A DNA stretch of 64,000 nt from assembly GCA_021296535.1 (NCBI GenBank), contig JAGWAG010000001.1:4463-68462 (forward strand), in the 5' to 3' direction. Of this stretch, positions 12,979-22,020 are shown piece after piece; positions within the stretch are counted from its first letter, which is position 1; every line of letters begins with the position of its first letter. The notes beneath the pieces are model-generated. The model saw only the letters and a list, made by a program, of their open reading frames with translations, had not been told where the DNA came from and did not search any database. This DNA is from Acidobacteriota bacterium. Its GTDB lineage: Bacteria > Acidobacteriota > Thermoanaerobaculia > Multivoradales > Multivoraceae. A program made the position numbers and the translations under genes.

Positions 12979-12984
12979 ATTGTA
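12979..12984 (-). promoter_or_regulatory. Candidate -10 box (TACAAT) for tRNA-Gln
   Basis: The minus strand reads ...CTTCATGTACAATCCGCCGGCCCGTC, followed by the tRNA 5' end 13 nt later. No convincing -35 element. Confidence 0.35.
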
Positions 12985-13001
12985 CATGAAGCGCGCGAGC
13001 C

Positions 13002-13940
13002 TCACGAGTCCGAATCCACGCCGCGCCGCCTGCGTCGGGTCGCGGTTCGAATCACTCGCACGCCGAGGCCTTCGACCGCGCGCTCCGCGTCCTTCCAGCT
13101 ACCGATCCCGAACACCGCGCCGCCGCTGCCGGAAACCTGGGGACCCCGGTCCGACCGGCCGGGCGCGGCGGCGCGCCATGCGAGGAGGAGCCGGTCCACC
13201 TCCGGATGCAGCCTTCGCGCGACGGGTTCCAGATCGTTGCCCCGAAGCCACGAAGCGGCTTCCGCCCGCGCTGCCTCCGCGGGCAGCACGTCCACTCCCC
13301 GGTGCTCCCCGACCGGCGACCGGACACCGCTCCAGCACCGGAAGACCTCCTCGGTGGAAACCTCCACCGCAGGCACCGCGACGACGACCGAAGCGGTCCC
13401 GATGTCCGGCAGCGCCCTCAGTTCCTCGCCGCGGCCGGTCGCCAGTACCGTCCCGCCGACGAGGAAGAAGGGAACATCCGAGCCGACCGCGGCGGCAACC
13501 GCGCGCAGATCGTCGGAGCCGAGTGGTTCGCCCCAGAGTTCCTGCAGAGCAGCCAGGGTCCCCGCCGCGTCGCTGCTCCCGCCGCCCAGGCCGCTGCCGG
13601 CCGGAATGCTCTTCCTCAGTTCGAACCGCACGCCCCGCGCTGGCTCGCCGATCGCTTCGAAAAACGCTCGCGCGGCCACCAGGACGAGGTTCGAGTCATC
13701 CTCGGGCGCACCGCCGTCCGGCAATTCGAGAGCCAGGGGCGCGGTCGAGTCGGTCCGGCTCACCCTCAGCCGATCGCAGAGATCGATCGTCTGCAGCACG
13801 GTCGTAATCGCGTGGAAGCCGTCCGGGCGGCGACCGTGAACCCGCAGGCTCAGGTTCACCTTGGCGGGACACTTCAGACAGACACTGGTCTTCGACGGTC
13901 GCCGCCTGGCCGGTCGCGACTTCGCTAGTCGCGACGTCAC
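13002..13940 (-). CDS. ispE: 4-diphosphocytidyl-2-C-methyl-D-erythritol kinase
   Basis: Contains CPAKVNLSLRVHGRRPDGFH...IPAGSGLGGGSSDAA (GHMP kinase motif). The track ORF is trimmed to the GTG at 13940, which overlaps the upstream stop (GTGA). Confidence 0.88.
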   Translation of the reverse strand: MTSRLAKSRPARRRPSKTSVCLKCPAKVNLSLRVHGRRPDGFHAITTVLQTIDLCDRLRVSRTDSTAPLALELPDGGAPEDDSNLVLVAARAFFEAIGEPARGVRFELRKSIPAGSGLGGGSSDAAGTLAALQELWGEPLGSDDLRAVAAAVGSDVPFFLVGGTVLATGRGEELRALPDIGTASVVVAVPAVEVSTEEVFRCWSGVRSPVGEHRGVDVLPAEAARAEAASWLRGNDLEPVARRLHPEVDRLLLAWRAAAPGRSDRGPQVSGSGGAVFGIGSWKDAERAVEGLGVRVIRTATRRRRRGVDSDS

Positions 13941-14785
13941 GGATCGCCCGCTTGGCAGGCGCCCGGCAAGAAACCGTTCGGCACCTCCGGTGGCGGCAGC
14001 GCGCCCGCCAGGTCCCGTGCCGGCCGTGTCTGTTCCCAGAGCAGTTCGAGACCGGTCTCGGGCTCGACCAGCCGGGAAAGACCATCCGGGTCGAGATCCC
14101 ACGAGGCTCTCGTCTCCGCTCCCCGGTGAAGAGTCCATCGGCGCGGGCCGTTCGTGGCCGTCGCAGCCGTCCAGCGCCGACCCCAACGGTCCTCGAAGTC
14201 GAGTTCGACGATGGCGGCTCCGGACCTGGCCGCCGCCGCCACGGTTTTGGTGTCGAGCGGCGGAGCCGGTAGTCGCCGCAGCAGCAGCGCGGCAACCGCA
14301 CCGGCGGGCACCGGGCCCAGGGACAGGGCGGGAACTTCCAGTTCGCCGCGATACCGGCAGAAGGTCCGCTCGCGCACCCACAGCACCAGGGCATCGCCTT
14401 CCTGGACGTTCAGATCCCACCATCGGCGCCCCAACCGATCCGAAGCCTCCACCTGAAAGCGTTCCGGCGACTCGAAACGCAACACCAGGCGCAACGTGCC
14501 TCTCCCCTCCGGACCGGCGTACCGCATCCGAAAGATGCGTTGGGTACGCCACTCCCCCGCCGGAATCTCCCACGGCAACACCGCGGCAGCAGCGCCGTCG
14601 CCGCCCGCGGACAGGCTCAGACCCGAGCCGCCCGTGGCACAAGCCGCAAGCCAGACGAGCAGCAACGGCAGCAGCGCCGCCGCGGGCCGGTTCGCGGGCG
14701 TCAGCGGACCTCCAGCAGCCGCCCGGCTAACGCCGGGCCAGTTCGCCCAGCTTGCGACGCACGGATTCGACGTTTTCCTCGTCAT
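13937..14785 (-). CDS. Lipoprotein, LolB-like by position (function tentative)
   Basis: The signal/lipobox-like segment LLPLLLVWLAAC is followed by a roughly 230-aa domain. The protein occupies the slot held by lolB in the TPR-lolB-ispE-prs arrangement. The ATG at 14785 overlaps the TPR gene end by 59 nt, so the start is uncertain. Confidence 0.6.
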   Translation of the reverse strand: MTRKTSNPCVASWANWPGVSRAAAGGPLTPANRPAAALLPLLLVWLAACATGGSGLSLSAGGDGAAAAVLPWEIPAGEWRTQRIFRMRYAGPEGRGTLRLVLRFESPERFQVEASDRLGRRWWDLNVQEGDALVLWVRERTFCRYRGELEVPALSLGPVPAGAVAALLLRRLPAPPLDTKTVAAAARSGAAIVELDFEDRWGRRWTAATATNGPRRWTLHRGAETRASWDLDPDGLSRLVEPETGLELLWEQTRPARDLAGALPPPEVPNGFLPGACQAGDP

Positions 14786-16727
14786 CGATCGCCAGTGCGT
14801 GCTCGTAAGCCTCCCGAGCTCGCCGGATATCGCCGAGCGCGACATAGACATCGCCGAGATGCTCCAGGATGGTGGAATCCTCCGGCGCCAATTGGTTCGC
14901 CCGCTCCAGGTGGCGGCTAGCCTCCTCGAACTGACCCAACCGGAACAGCGCCCAGCCCAGCGAGTCGACGTAGGCTCCGTTGTTCGGTTCAAGCGCCACG
15001 GCCCGACGCACGAGTTCAAGCGCCTGCTCCAGGTTCTCCCCGTTGTCGGCCCACATGTAGCCCAGGTAGTTCATCGCCGTGCTGTTCTCGGGCTGGATCT
15101 CGAGCACCGCCTGGAACTGCTCGGCCGCCTCGTCGAACCGGCGCGTGCGTTCGTACGCCTCGCCGAGCTGGAAGAACAGACCCGCCCTGAGCGTCTCCGG
15201 GTCCAGATCGAAGCCGGTCTCCGCGCCGCTACTCATCCGCACCAACGCCAGCTCGATCAGGGGCGCGGACTCCTCGAACCGGCCGCGTGCCCGCCAGAAA
15301 TCGGCAATCCCGACCAACTGCCTGACGTCTCCAGCCGCCGCGAACCGATCCAGCACCCGGACGGCGTGGCGCGCCTCGTCGAGGTCGACGTAGATCCCGG
15401 CCTTCCTGAGGATGGCCTGCACGTCCGGCTCACCGGCCTCGCCGCCACGGAGCAACCGCTCGGTGGCCATCGAGTCGCGACGGAGGATGGCCATCGCACG
15501 CCGCTTTCGGCCCGCCTCGGCAAGCAACTCCGCCTGACTCAGCAGGAGTTCCACCGACTCACCGCGCCGCTCGGTTTCGGACTCCAGTTCGGCGAGGGCC
15601 TGATCGGTCTTGCCCAACCGCCGAAGCGCCTCGACCAGGAGACCTAGACCGAAGTCCGCGCTGTCCCGGCCCGGCTGCGTTCCCCGGTCGGCGCGGTCGA
15701 CCATGCCCCGGCCGATCTGGCGGATCCGCTCCCACTCACCCGCCTCCATCAACCGTCCGACGAGCTCCCGGAGAAGCTGGGGGTCGTCCGGCTGCTCTCT
15801 TCGCAGACCCTCGTAAATCTCGATTGCCTCCGGTCCGCGGCCCGAGGCGCCCAGGATGCGAGCTTCGAGTACCCGAGCTCCCGGGTTCCGACGCGCGACC
15901 CGCGGCAGTTCCCGTAGGCGGCGGAGAGCCTCGGCAAGATCCGCTGCGCGCTGATCCGGCGTGCGCCCGGGGGACATGGACCGCCGGTAGTACTCCTCCG
16001 CCAGCGCCCCCTGGACGGGGATGCTGTCGGTCAGCTCCGCGGCCAGGCCCTCCAGCATCTCGATCGCCCTGGTGTGGTTGCCCTGGCGGCTCTCCCGCCC
16101 CGCGAGTTCCAGCCGCTCCTCGACCGTGCGCTCCTCGGCCGAACGTTCATCGAACCGGAGGATGTCGGCCTCGACCTGCCGCGCCCGTTCGTCTTCGCCG
16201 GCCTCCCTCAGGGCGCCGGCCAGCATGCGCTGCAGTTGGCGGTTGCCGTTGTGGTAGCTGACCAGCTCTTCGAGCACGGCCGCCGCCTCCCTCTGCTGCC
16301 CCAGGGCCGCACGGATCTGGGACAGGAGCAGCATGCCCTCGATATCGTTCGGCGCCAACTCCCGCAGCGCCCCGAGCGCTTCCAGGGCGCGGTCTACCGC
16401 TTCCCTGTCCCGGGCCCGGTCGGAGAGCCCCATCTGAATCCGCCCGTATCTGCGCAACACGTCGACGTCATCAGGCGCGTTCCTGTACGCAACGTCCAGG
16501 TGTTCCGCCGCCTCCTCGAGCCGCTGAAGCTGAATCAGGAAGTCGGCGAGTCCAACGCGGAGGAAGGGCGCCTCGGGATCCATCGCCACCGCGCGTTCGA
16601 AGAGCTCCAGCGCCTCGTCGGTTCGGCCTGGCTCGCCGGCCAGCATGCGGGCGGCCGCGAACAGGAACGGGCCGCTTTCGGCGGTCGGCTCGTCGCCCTC
16701 CTGGCAAGGCAGAGAAGAACGAGCCAC
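14727..16727 (-). CDS. Tetratricopeptide-repeat protein
   Basis: 666 aa with many TPR-like helical repeats (e.g. EALELFERAVAMDPE, AMNYLGYMWADNGENLEQALELVRRAVALEPNNGAYVDSLGWALFRLGQFEEA). The start is GTG at 16727. A signal-peptide-like ORF lies just upstream in another frame (see findings). Confidence 0.85.
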   Translation of the reverse strand: MARSSLPCQEGDEPTAESGPFLFAAARMLAGEPGRTDEALELFERAVAMDPEAPFLRVGLADFLIQLQRLEEAAEHLDVAYRNAPDDVDVLRRYGRIQMGLSDRARDREAVDRALEALGALRELAPNDIEGMLLLSQIRAALGQQREAAAVLEELVSYHNGNRQLQRMLAGALREAGEDERARQVEADILRFDERSAEERTVEERLELAGRESRQGNHTRAIEMLEGLAAELTDSIPVQGALAEEYYRRSMSPGRTPDQRAADLAEALRRLRELPRVARRNPGARVLEARILGASGRGPEAIEIYEGLRREQPDDPQLLRELVGRLMEAGEWERIRQIGRGMVDRADRGTQPGRDSADFGLGLLVEALRRLGKTDQALAELESETERRGESVELLLSQAELLAEAGRKRRAMAILRRDSMATERLLRGGEAGEPDVQAILRKAGIYVDLDEARHAVRVLDRFAAAGDVRQLVGIADFWRARGRFEESAPLIELALVRMSSGAETGFDLDPETLRAGLFFQLGEAYERTRRFDEAAEQFQAVLEIQPENSTAMNYLGYMWADNGENLEQALELVRRAVALEPNNGAYVDSLGWALFRLGQFEEASRHLERANQLAPEDSTILEHLGDVYVALGDIRRAREAYEHALAIDDEENVESVRRKLGELARR

Positions 16728-16858
16728 GCCGCGAGGAGCTTTCGACGCCGCATCCCTGGCGTCGAAGACGCCTGGCTGAGTCCCGGGGAGTCCATGCGGC
16801 CGCCAAGGTTAGCAGTCCCGGCGACCTGCCCTCGACTGATACGCGGCCCCGTGATGGC

Positions 16859-16888
16859 TTTACGGAAGCCGCCCCCACGCGCTAGAAT
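16859..16888 (+). promoter_or_regulatory. Candidate sigma70-type promoter for the IHF/HU gene
   Basis: TTTACG (16859-16864), an 18-nt spacer, then TAGAAT (16883-16888). This is about 80 nt upstream of the ATG at 16969, which has a GAGGAGG Shine-Dalgarno sequence. Confidence 0.45.
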
Positions 16889-16968
16889 GACCGATCCACG
16901 GCCAATCGCCCGGCGGTCTTCGACATTCCGCCCGTAGCCTGGCCAACGGCTTTGAGGAGGCGCTCCAC

Positions 16969-17235
16969 ATGATCAAGGCGGACATCGTGAACCGGGTCGC
17001 TGAGAACTCGGATCTTCCCCGCGTCAAGGCCGCCCGAGCCGTCGACACGATCCTCGGCGCGATGAAGAACGCCCTTGGCGACGGCAAGCGGATCGAGCTC
17101 CGCGGCTTCGGCGTCTTCCAGGTTCGCAACCGCAAACGCGGCGTGGGGCGCAACCCGAAGACCGGCGTCGAAGTGACGATCGCCCCCGGCAAGACGGTCC
17201 GGTTCAAGCCGGGCAAGGAACTCAAGAACCTCTAG
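16969..17235 (+). CDS. HU/IHF-family DNA-binding protein (IHF-like)
   Basis: 88 aa, with [46 protein letters not shown], the typical IHF arm and beta-ribbon. Confidence 0.9.
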   Translation: MIKADIVNRVAENSDLPRVKAARAVDTILGAMKNALGDGKRIELRGFGVFQVRNRKRGVGRNPKTGVEVTIAPGKTVRFKPGKELKNL

Positions 17236-17680
17236 TTCTTCCCTCGAACTCCAGCACGAACGTCACAGGACCGTCGTTCACCAGCCGAACCTCCATCCGG
17301 GCTCCGAAACGGCCGCCTTCGACGACCAGCCCCGCCTCCTCCAGCCGCTCGCGCAGCCCGGCCAGCAACGGCTCGGCCACCTCCAGACGTGCCGCCCGGT
17401 CGAAGGAAGGCCGTCTTCCCTTCCGTGTCGAGGCCGCGAGCGTGAACTGCGAAACCAGCAGGATCGCACCGCCTGCCTGCCGCACGTCGAGGTTCATCCT
17501 CCCCTGCTCGTCGTCGAAGATGCGCAGACGGGCCAGTCTGGCCGCCGCGGCGGCCGCCTGATCCTCGCCGTCGCCGACCTCCACTCCCGCCAGCACAAGC
17601 AGACCGCCGTCGATCCGGCCGACGATCCGGCCATCGACCGTCACCGACGCTGACCTGACCCGCTGCACGACCAGGCGCAC
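17222..17680 (-). CDS. dtd: D-aminoacyl-tRNA deacylase
   Basis: 152 aa, with (M)RLVVQRV...LLVSQFTL...[10 protein letters not shown]. The start is GTG. There is a 14-nt convergent overlap with the IHF-like gene. Confidence 0.92.
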   Translation of the reverse strand: MRLVVQRVRSASVTVDGRIVGRIDGGLLVLAGVEVGDGEDQAAAAAARLARLRIFDDEQGRMNLDVRQAGGAILLVSQFTLAASTRKGRRPSFDRAARLEVAEPLLAGLRERLEEAGLVVEGGRFGARMEVRLVNDGPVTFVLEFEGRTRGS

Positions 17681-17879
17681 GCCGGAACGATACCGCCGAA
17701 GCGGCTCCCCGGCCTGCCGGTCCAGCGGTTACGATCAGGCCACGGGCCGGGCGACGCTCCGGACCCGGGTTCCGTACAACAAAGCGAGAGACACGATGCC
17801 GGTCGTGCCGGGGACACTCGCCTGCCGCACACCAACCGCCCCTCACTCCCGAACCACCAGAAAGGACGACTCTCCCGCC

Positions 17880-18320
17880 ATGTTGAACCACGTGATCCTG
17901 ATCGGCCACCTCGGCCGCGACCCGGAACTCCGCACGACCCAATCCGGCCAGACGGTCGCCAACTTCAGTGTCGCCACGAACCGGCGCTGGACCGACCGCG
18001 ACGGCAACCGCCAGGAAGAGACGGAATGGCACTACATCGTCTGCTGGGGCCGTCAGGCGGAAGTCGCCGGCCAGTACCTGACCAGAGGCAAGCTGGTGTC
18101 GGTCGAGGGCCGCCTCCAGACCCGCTCCTGGGACGATCAGCAGTCCGGCCAGAAGCGCTATCGCACCGAGATCATCTGCCGCAACTTCCAGATGCTCGGC
18201 GGCCGTGGCGACACCGGTGGCCAGCCCGGCCACGGGCGGAGTCAGGCGGCTCCTGCCCAGTCAGCTCCCCAAGACGCCGGCTTCGATCCCGCCGGCGCCG
18301 ACGACGACATCCCCTTCTGA
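17880..18320 (+). CDS. ssb: Single-stranded DNA-binding protein
   Basis: Trimmed to the ATG at 17880. The product reads [37 protein letters not shown]...[12 protein letters not shown] and ends in the acidic tail DDDIPF. Confidence 0.93.
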   Translation: MLNHVILIGHLGRDPELRTTQSGQTVANFSVATNRRWTDRDGNRQEETEWHYIVCWGRQAEVAGQYLTRGKLVSVEGRLQTRSWDDQQSGQKRYRTEIICRNFQMLGGRGDTGGQPGHGRSQAAPAQSAPQDAGFDPAGADDDIPF

Positions 18321-18340
18321 ACAACCGCGTGCGCCGGCCT

Positions 18341-18370
18341 GTTGCCGCGGGTCTTCCGACCCGTGGCAGC
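18341..18370. terminator. GC-rich hairpin between convergent ssb and mutS (possible bidirectional terminator)
   Basis: GTTGCCGCGGGTC-TTCC-GACCCGTGGCAGC forms a 13-bp stem with two G-U pairs. There is no U-tract. Confidence 0.3.
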
Positions 18371-18416
18371 CAACGGGCGACGCCGCGAAGCGGCAAGTTC
18401 GAAGCGTCGAGGCCGT

Positions 18417-21086
18417 CTACCCGCCGCCGGACCCTGAAGTCTCTGGCGGCTTCGCGCCGGACCTGAGCCGATCCTGAAGGGTCTGCAGAAGGTTCAACGC
18501 GGCCACCGGCGTCAACTTGTTCACGTCGACCGCCCGCAGCGCCTCGACCACCGCCTCGTCCTGGCCATCCCATAGCGCGAGCTGGTCGGGAAGCTCGTCG
18601 AGCGGCGCACCCGCCGCGCCAAGCGCGACCCGCGGCTTGCCGGAGAAGCTGAACTGCTGGGACTCGATGTTGGCCAGTACGGCCGCCGCTCGCTCGACCA
18701 CCTCCGCGGGGACTCCGGCCAGGCGGGCGACGTGCAGTCCGTAGGACTTGTCCGCGCGACCGGCCGCGACCCGGTGAAGGAACAGGATCTGGTCCTGCCA
18801 TTCCTTGACCGCCATCCGGCGATTCGCAACCCGAACAAGGGTGGCCGGCAGACCTGTCAACTCGTGGTAATGGGTGGCAAAGAGCGCCAGGCACCCGTTG
18901 TGCTCGTGGAGGCGTTCGACGATCGCCCAGGCCAGCGACAGCCCGTCGTAGGTCGAGGTACCGCGCCCTACCTCGTCGAGCACGACCAGGCTGTCGCGTG
19001 TCGCGTGGCGCAGGATGTTCGCGGTTTCGACCATTTCCACCATGAAGGTGGACTCCCCGCGCGCCAGATCGTCGCTCGCGCCGACGCGGGTGAAGATGCG
19101 GTCGACCGGGCCGATCTCAGCGCTCTCGGCGGGCACGAAGCTGCCGGCGTGGGCCATCAGCACGATCAGCGCCACCTGTCTCAGGTAGGTCGACTTGCCA
19201 CCCATGTTGGGACCCGTGAGCAGCACGATCTGCTCCTTCTCGCGGTCGAGTACGGCATCGTTCGGAACGAAGCCCGAGGCGCCGCGCACCGCCGCCGCGG
19301 ACCGCTCGACGACCGGATGGCGCCCTTCGCGAATGTCGATCCGGCCACCGGCCGGCAGCATCCGCGGCCGCACATAGGCGTAGCGGCCGGCAGCCTCGGC
19401 CAGAGCCACCAGGCAGTCGACCTCGGCCAGCGCGGCGGCCAGTTCCAGGAGCCCCGGCGCCTGGCCCGCAGCCTCCCTGCGCAAGTTCTCGAACAACTCC
19501 TGTTCCAGCGCCAGTTGCCCGCTCTCCGCGCCGAGGATCTGTTCCTCCAGCGTCTTCAGTTCATCCGTCACGTAGCGCTCGGCGTTGGTCAGCGTCTGCC
19601 GGCGGACATAGTGGTCGGGAACGCGATCCTGCTGGGTCTTGCGGACCTCGAAGTAGTAGCCGAAGACCCGGTTGTAGCCGACCTTGAGCGTCGCGATGCC
19701 GGTCGCCTCGCGCTCCCCGGCTTCAAGTGCCGCAATGTGGCCCTTGCCGTCCCGCGCCAGCGACCGGAGCCGGTCCAGCTCGTCGTCGACGCCAGCGGCG
19801 ATCACGCCGCCCTCCGTCAGGGACCCGGGCGTCTCCGCCAGCACCGCGTCCAGCCTCGCGCGGAGTTCCGCCAGCGGATTCACCGCCTGCAGACGTTCCA
19901 GCCGGTCCGCCTGAAGCCCCTCAAGGGCCTCCAGCACGGACGGCGCCTCGCGCAGCGTGTCCCTCAGCGCGCCCGCCTCCCGCGGCGTGATCCGCCCCAG
20001 GACCGCACGCGACGTCAGACGCTCCAGATCGGCAATCCGTTTCAAGCGCGACCGGAGCCCCTCCCTCCGGGCGATCCTCGAAAGCAGGGCGGCCACGCCG
20101 TCATGACGGTCGCCAAGCGTGGCCAGATCCCGCAGCGGCCGGCCCAGCCAGCGCCGCAGCATGCGCGCCCCCGGCCCGGTGAGGGTCAGGTCGAGCACCT
20201 CGACCAGGGTCCGGCCCGCCTGGTGCCGGAGGTGGCGGAAGACCTCCAGGTTGCGCAGCGTCGTCTCGTCCAGGACGACACACCGATCGTCGTGCTGGAC
20301 CTCGAGGGCGGCGACGTGGTCGACGTCGGACCGGGCGGCGCTGCGGGCATAGTCCAGGACCAGGGCCGCCGCGGTCACCGCGGCCTCGCCCTCCACCAGA
20401 CCGAAGCCGCGCAGATTCTGAACGCCGAACTGTTGCCGCAGCGCACGCTCGGCGGACGTGGGCCGGGGAGCCCCGGCCTCGTCGATTTCCGTGTGCGGTG
20501 TGCCGGCGCGCTCGATCCACGCCGTCAGATGGCCGTCCGGGTCGCCCCCGCCGACCTCGAAGTCGGCGGCGCAGGTGAGGACTTCCCGCGGCGCCAGCCG
20601 TTCCAGGTCCTCGACCGCCTCCGCCGCGTCCGGCCAACGTCGCACGAAGAACTCGCCGGTCGAGACGTCGAGAAAAGCGCCCGCCCCGGACTCCCCGTCG
20701 AAACGGACTCCGGCCAGGTAGTTGGGGCGGGCCTGGTCCAGCATTTCGAGGTCGTTGATCGTGCCCGGCGTCACGATCCGCGTCACCTCGCGGCGGACGA
20801 GACCACGCGCCTGCGCCGGATCCTCCACCTGATCGCAGACCGCGACCTTGAAGCCGGCGTCCAGCAACCGTCCGATGTAGGCGTCGGCCGCATGATGGGG
20901 GACGCCGCACATCGGCGCCTCGCTGGCCGTCCCCTTCTGACGGGCAGTCAGAGCCACGTCGAGCACCGGCGCCGCGGTCACCGCATCCTCGAAGAACATC
21001 TCGAAGAAGTCGCCCATCCGATAGAGGAGGATGGCGTCGGGATGCTCCGCCTTCACCGTCAGGTAATGCCGGAGCATCGGCGTCAT
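18417..21086 (-). CDS. mutS: DNA mismatch repair protein MutS
   Basis: Contains MTPMLRHYLTVKAEHPDAILLYRMGDFFEMFFEDA, the Walker A motif GPNMGGKSTYLRQ, and DEVGRGTSTYDG. The start is set at the ATG at 21086. In-frame GTGs at 21173 and 21218 are alternatives. Confidence 0.9.
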   Translation of the reverse strand: MTPMLRHYLTVKAEHPDAILLYRMGDFFEMFFEDAVTAAPVLDVALTARQKGTASEAPMCGVPHHAADAYIGRLLDAGFKVAVCDQVEDPAQARGLVRREVTRIVTPGTINDLEMLDQARPNYLAGVRFDGESGAGAFLDVSTGEFFVRRWPDAAEAVEDLERLAPREVLTCAADFEVGGGDPDGHLTAWIERAGTPHTEIDEAGAPRPTSAERALRQQFGVQNLRGFGLVEGEAAVTAAALVLDYARSAARSDVDHVAALEVQHDDRCVVLDETTLRNLEVFRHLRHQAGRTLVEVLDLTLTGPGARMLRRWLGRPLRDLATLGDRHDGVAALLSRIARREGLRSRLKRIADLERLTSRAVLGRITPREAGALRDTLREAPSVLEALEGLQADRLERLQAVNPLAELRARLDAVLAETPGSLTEGGVIAAGVDDELDRLRSLARDGKGHIAALEAGEREATGIATLKVGYNRVFGYYFEVRKTQQDRVPDHYVRRQTLTNAERYVTDELKTLEEQILGAESGQLALEQELFENLRREAAGQAPGLLELAAALAEVDCLVALAEAAGRYAYVRPRMLPAGGRIDIREGRHPVVERSAAAVRGASGFVPNDAVLDREKEQIVLLTGPNMGGKSTYLRQVALIVLMAHAGSFVPAESAEIGPVDRIFTRVGASDDLARGESTFMVEMVETANILRHATRDSLVVLDEVGRGTSTYDGLSLAWAIVERLHEHNGCLALFATHYHELTGLPATLVRVANRRMAVKEWQDQILFLHRVAAGRADKSYGLHVARLAGVPAEVVERAAAVLANIESQQFSFSGKPRVALGAAGAPLDELPDQLALWDGQDEAVVEALRAVDVNKLTPVAALNLLQTLQDRLRSGAKPPETSGSGGG

Positions 21087-21184
21087 CGCCGAGAGCTTCC
21101 GCGCCGGCGCCCGCGATCCGGCGGCCGACGCCCGCGAATCCTCCGCGTCTTCGGCGGTGCTCGATCTAACCACGGGCGACCGCC

Positions 21185-21192
21185 AGTATATT
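21185..21192. promoter_or_regulatory. AT-rich element AGTATATT that supplies -10-like boxes on both strands (TATATT for tsaB, TATACT for mutS)
   Basis: It is the only AT-rich stretch in the mutS/tsaB divergent spacer. TATATT ends 7 nt before the tsaB ATG (21200). Confidence 0.4.
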
Positions 21193-21199
21193 GACCGGC

Positions 21200-21901
21200 A
21201 TGGCGCCGCTGCTCGCACTCGACACCGGCTCGGCGGTCGTCAGCGTGGCGGTCGGCGAACCGGGCAACTTCGAAGTCCTGTCCGCGCCCCAGGGGCGTTC
21301 GTCGCGCGAGCTGATCGCGATGATCGACGAGCTGCTGGGCCGCGGCGGCATGAAACTGCGGGATCTCACGGGCATCGGGGCCGCTCGCGGACCAGGCAGC
21401 TTCACCGGCCTGCGGGTTGGATTGGCGACGGCGCTGGGACTTCACCAGGCATCCGGCGTCAGAGCGGGCGCCACATCGACGTTCGAGATCCTGGCCGCCC
21501 ACTACTTCGAGCGCACAGGCAACGGCGCGTCCGAGGTGGTGGCCATCGTCGACGCCCTGCGTGAGCGCTGGTACGCCCAGCCCATGCGACGGCAGGAGAA
21601 CGGCAGGATCGAAGTCGTCGGTCCGCCTGAGATCAGAGATCAAGCCGACCTCATCCGCGGCCGGCTGCCGCTGGTCGGGCACGGCGTGTTCCGGCTTCCC
21701 GGCCCGGCAGGCGGTGCGATCGAAGCGTCCGAGCTCGCACCGACCCTGCTCCAGCTCATGGCGAACGGCGCCCTGAGCTGGGATGGCCGAGCGCTGACCG
21801 AGCCGCTCTACCTGCGCTCGCCGGCCACCAGCCCGTCGACCCGCCTGCCCGGCAGCCCCCGACCGAATCGGCGGCGCCGCCGCACCCGAAGATCGACCTG
21901 A
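21200..21901 (+). CDS. tsaB: tRNA N6-threonylcarbamoyladenosine biosynthesis protein TsaB
   Basis: Contains MAPLLALDTGSAVVSVAV...IGAARGPGSFTGLRVGLATALGL. A TTG at 21191 is an alternative start. Confidence 0.88.
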   Translation: MAPLLALDTGSAVVSVAVGEPGNFEVLSAPQGRSSRELIAMIDELLGRGGMKLRDLTGIGAARGPGSFTGLRVGLATALGLHQASGVRAGATSTFEILAAHYFERTGNGASEVVAIVDALRERWYAQPMRRQENGRIEVVGPPEIRDQADLIRGRLPLVGHGVFRLPGPAGGAIEASELAPTLLQLMANGALSWDGRALTEPLYLRSPATSPSTRLPGSPRPNRRRRRTRRST

Positions 21902-21964
21902 CGGAAGCGGGTGCAAGCCTTCAAGCTGCTACTCTCCTTGCAGAGACTTTTCGGACCCCGGGAC

Positions 21965-21990
21965 AAAGCGCTTCCGCAGGAAGCGGCAGG
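21965..21990 (+). repeat. Copy B of the exact 26-nt repeat AAAGCGCTTCCGCAGGAAGCGGCAGG
   Basis: Identical to the reverse complement of 8319-8344. It lies 63 nt downstream of the tsaB stop and 30 nt upstream of the DUF465 gene start. Confidence 0.9.
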
Positions 21991-22020
21991 AAGACAACCA
22001 CGAAGGGAGGCGCGTACCGA

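Noticed and set aside
13044-13053. A T-loop-like GGTTCGAATC that hints at a second tRNA.
   Set aside because: It lies inside the ispE coding region. The flanking bases cannot form a T-stem or acceptor stem.
10495-15019. Over-long track ORFs: 10495-11382, 11774-12808, 13002-14642 and 13937-15019. The same applies to 26107-28056, 27423-28589, 31172-32362, 45273-46463, 56088-57293 and 62779-63588.
   Set aside because: The N-terminal extensions overlap the upstream gene and translate to junk. Each was trimmed to the first start codon that matches the conserved family N-terminus, usually one forming an NTGA overlap or following a Shine-Dalgarno sequence.
17222-17235. Convergent 3' overlaps (dtd/IHF-like, 14 nt; ligase/TRAP permease at 53842-53861, 20 nt) as possible antisense regulation.
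   Set aside because: Short convergent overlaps are common in compact high-GC genomes. Nothing else in the sequence supports a regulatory role.
21925-21937. The 13-mer GCTGCTACTCTCC is shared between the spacers upstream of the DUF465 gene (21925-21937) and trxB (23902-23914).
   Set aside because: Exact 13-mers are expected to recur by chance many times in 64 kb on two strands. The flanks do not align, and the distance to the start codons differs.
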